A stretch of DNA of 64,000 nucleotides from Synergistales bacterium (GTDB lineage Bacteria; Synergistota; Synergistia; Synergistales; JAFGMB01), in the NCBI GenBank assembly GCA_963666205.1, contig OY762654.1, positions 224,001 through 288,000 on the forward strand. The letters are read 5' to 3'. Numbering within the stretch: the stretch's first letter is position 1; each line of letters opens with the position of its first letter. A model generated the notes under the pieces. That model saw nothing but the letters and a program-made list of their open reading frames with translations. It was not told where the DNA came from and did not search any database. This document shows positions 63,071 to 64,000 of the stretch, piece after piece. The position numbers and the translations under genes are program-made.

Positions 63071-64000
63071 CTATCCGAGCTTTTCAACCTGCACCCGTGC
63101 CATTTTTTCTTCCACGGCCTCTCGGCTGCCAATACCCTTTTCAACATGGGAAGCATCTTCCCATGCGCAGGCAAGGGAAAAACGTATGGTTTCTTCAACT
63201 GACATATTTTCTTCCCTGGCCACGACCATTCCTGCAATCAGGGCATCACTGGCACCAAAAAGGGATACTACACCTTTCCTGCTTGCAGTAGCAAGATAAA
63301 TACCCTCTGGGGTGAAGAAAACATCACCATACGTGTGGTAAGAGGTAATAGACCACTCAATTCCATGGTCATGAAGCCGTGTTAAGACCTCTATCAGATT
63401 ATCGAGAGAGGTAAGAGAGATTCCTGAGACTTTAGACATGAACCTATGATCAATTTTTGCCAGATTCGGAACTGCATCAAGACCAGACATCAGTGGTGCT
63501 CCCGCTGCATCTATCCATACAGGGACACCTATATTCTTTGCACGTTCAATCAGTGACGCATATGCATCCTGAGGAACTCCAGGAGGGAGTGAACCTCCAA
63601 GGAGCACAAGTCTTGCACGTTTAAGCATCCTTTCATAATTCTTCATAAAACGTTCATAGGCTTCATCGGGAACATATGGGCCTGGTTCTGATAATCCGGT
63701 TTCCATTTTGCCAGTTTCATCAACTATGTAAACGTTTGTACGGGTTTCCCCCTTAACGTGAACAAAGTTCGTCGTTATGCGGGCCTTACGAAGGACATCT
63801 CGAATATATCCGCCATTAAAACCGGCAAGGAAACCCATTGCCGCTGTTTCATAACCAAGCTGGCTAAGAAGCAGGGAAACATTGATACCCTTTCCACCTG
63901 GAGACCGGTTGGCGTTTCTAGATCTGAACCATCCCCCCGGTCGGAAATCTGATACAACAAATTCTTCGTCAACAGCAGGATTAAGAGTTACGGTTACGAT
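63071..64000 (-). CDS. 1-phosphofructokinase-family (PfkB) hexose kinase, start just outside the window
   Basis: Open frame from 64000: IVTVTLNPAVD..PGGKGINVS..GETRTNV..GSLPPG..GASDALIAG. Confidence 0.88.
   Translation of the reverse strand: MVTVTLNPAVDEEFVVSDFRPGGWFRSRNANRSPGGKGINVSLLLSQLGYETAAMGFLAGFNGGYIRDVLRKARITTNFVHVKGETRTNVYIVDETGKMETGLSEPGPYVPDEAYERFMKNYERMLKRARLVLLGGSLPPGVPQDAYASLIERAKNIGVPVWIDAAGAPLMSGLDAVPNLAKIDHRFMSKVSGISLTSLDNLIEVLTRLHDHGIEWSITSYHTYGDVFFTPEGIYLATASRKGVVSLFGASDALIAGMVVAREENMSVEETIRFSLACAWEDASHVEKGIGSREAVEEKMARVQVEKLG

Noticed and set aside
63930..63942. Frameshift at the G6 run in the PfkB gene
   Set aside because: Recounting shows the frame is continuous (DFRPGGWFRS); the ORF track only starts late because the ATG is outside the window

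Overview
Core chromosomal segment of an anaerobic diderm bacterium, most likely Synergistota (judged from the 16S sequence, the pilin style, and Firmicutes-like gene order combined with an outer-membrane secretin). Almost all genes lie on the minus strand, co-oriented with an rRNA operon. Left to right: a type IVa pilus locus (pilB-pilT-pilC-major pilin-pilV-like-pilW-like-pilMNOP-pilQ, cut by the window edge) in which pilC and two pilins are broken by a tight cluster of indels; a 16S-tRNA(Ile)-tRNA(Ala)-23S-5S operon; a class A PBP; a PSRP-ppdK-ppsA operon; a long housekeeping block (glmU-prs-rplY-pth-mfd-mazG-carboxyltransferase, phoH-pgpH-ybeY-corC-cdd-era-recO-glyQS); tRNA-Gln; a three-gene plus-strand cassette (membrane protein, myxosortase-like intramembrane protease, secreted protein of unknown function); cdaA-cdaR-glmM-galU-[glmS ribozyme]-glmS; racemase, nfo, Nudix, pyk, dnaE, dnaX, an M48 peptidase and a PfkB kinase. 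No IS, integrase, prophage or CRISPR array was seen. Best leads: the protease/unknown-protein cassette, the hidden indel-riddled pilin cassette with a candidate terminator/antiterminator switch, the glmS ribozyme, and a possible single-regulator PEP/pyruvate node. All calls are by eye; no searches were run.
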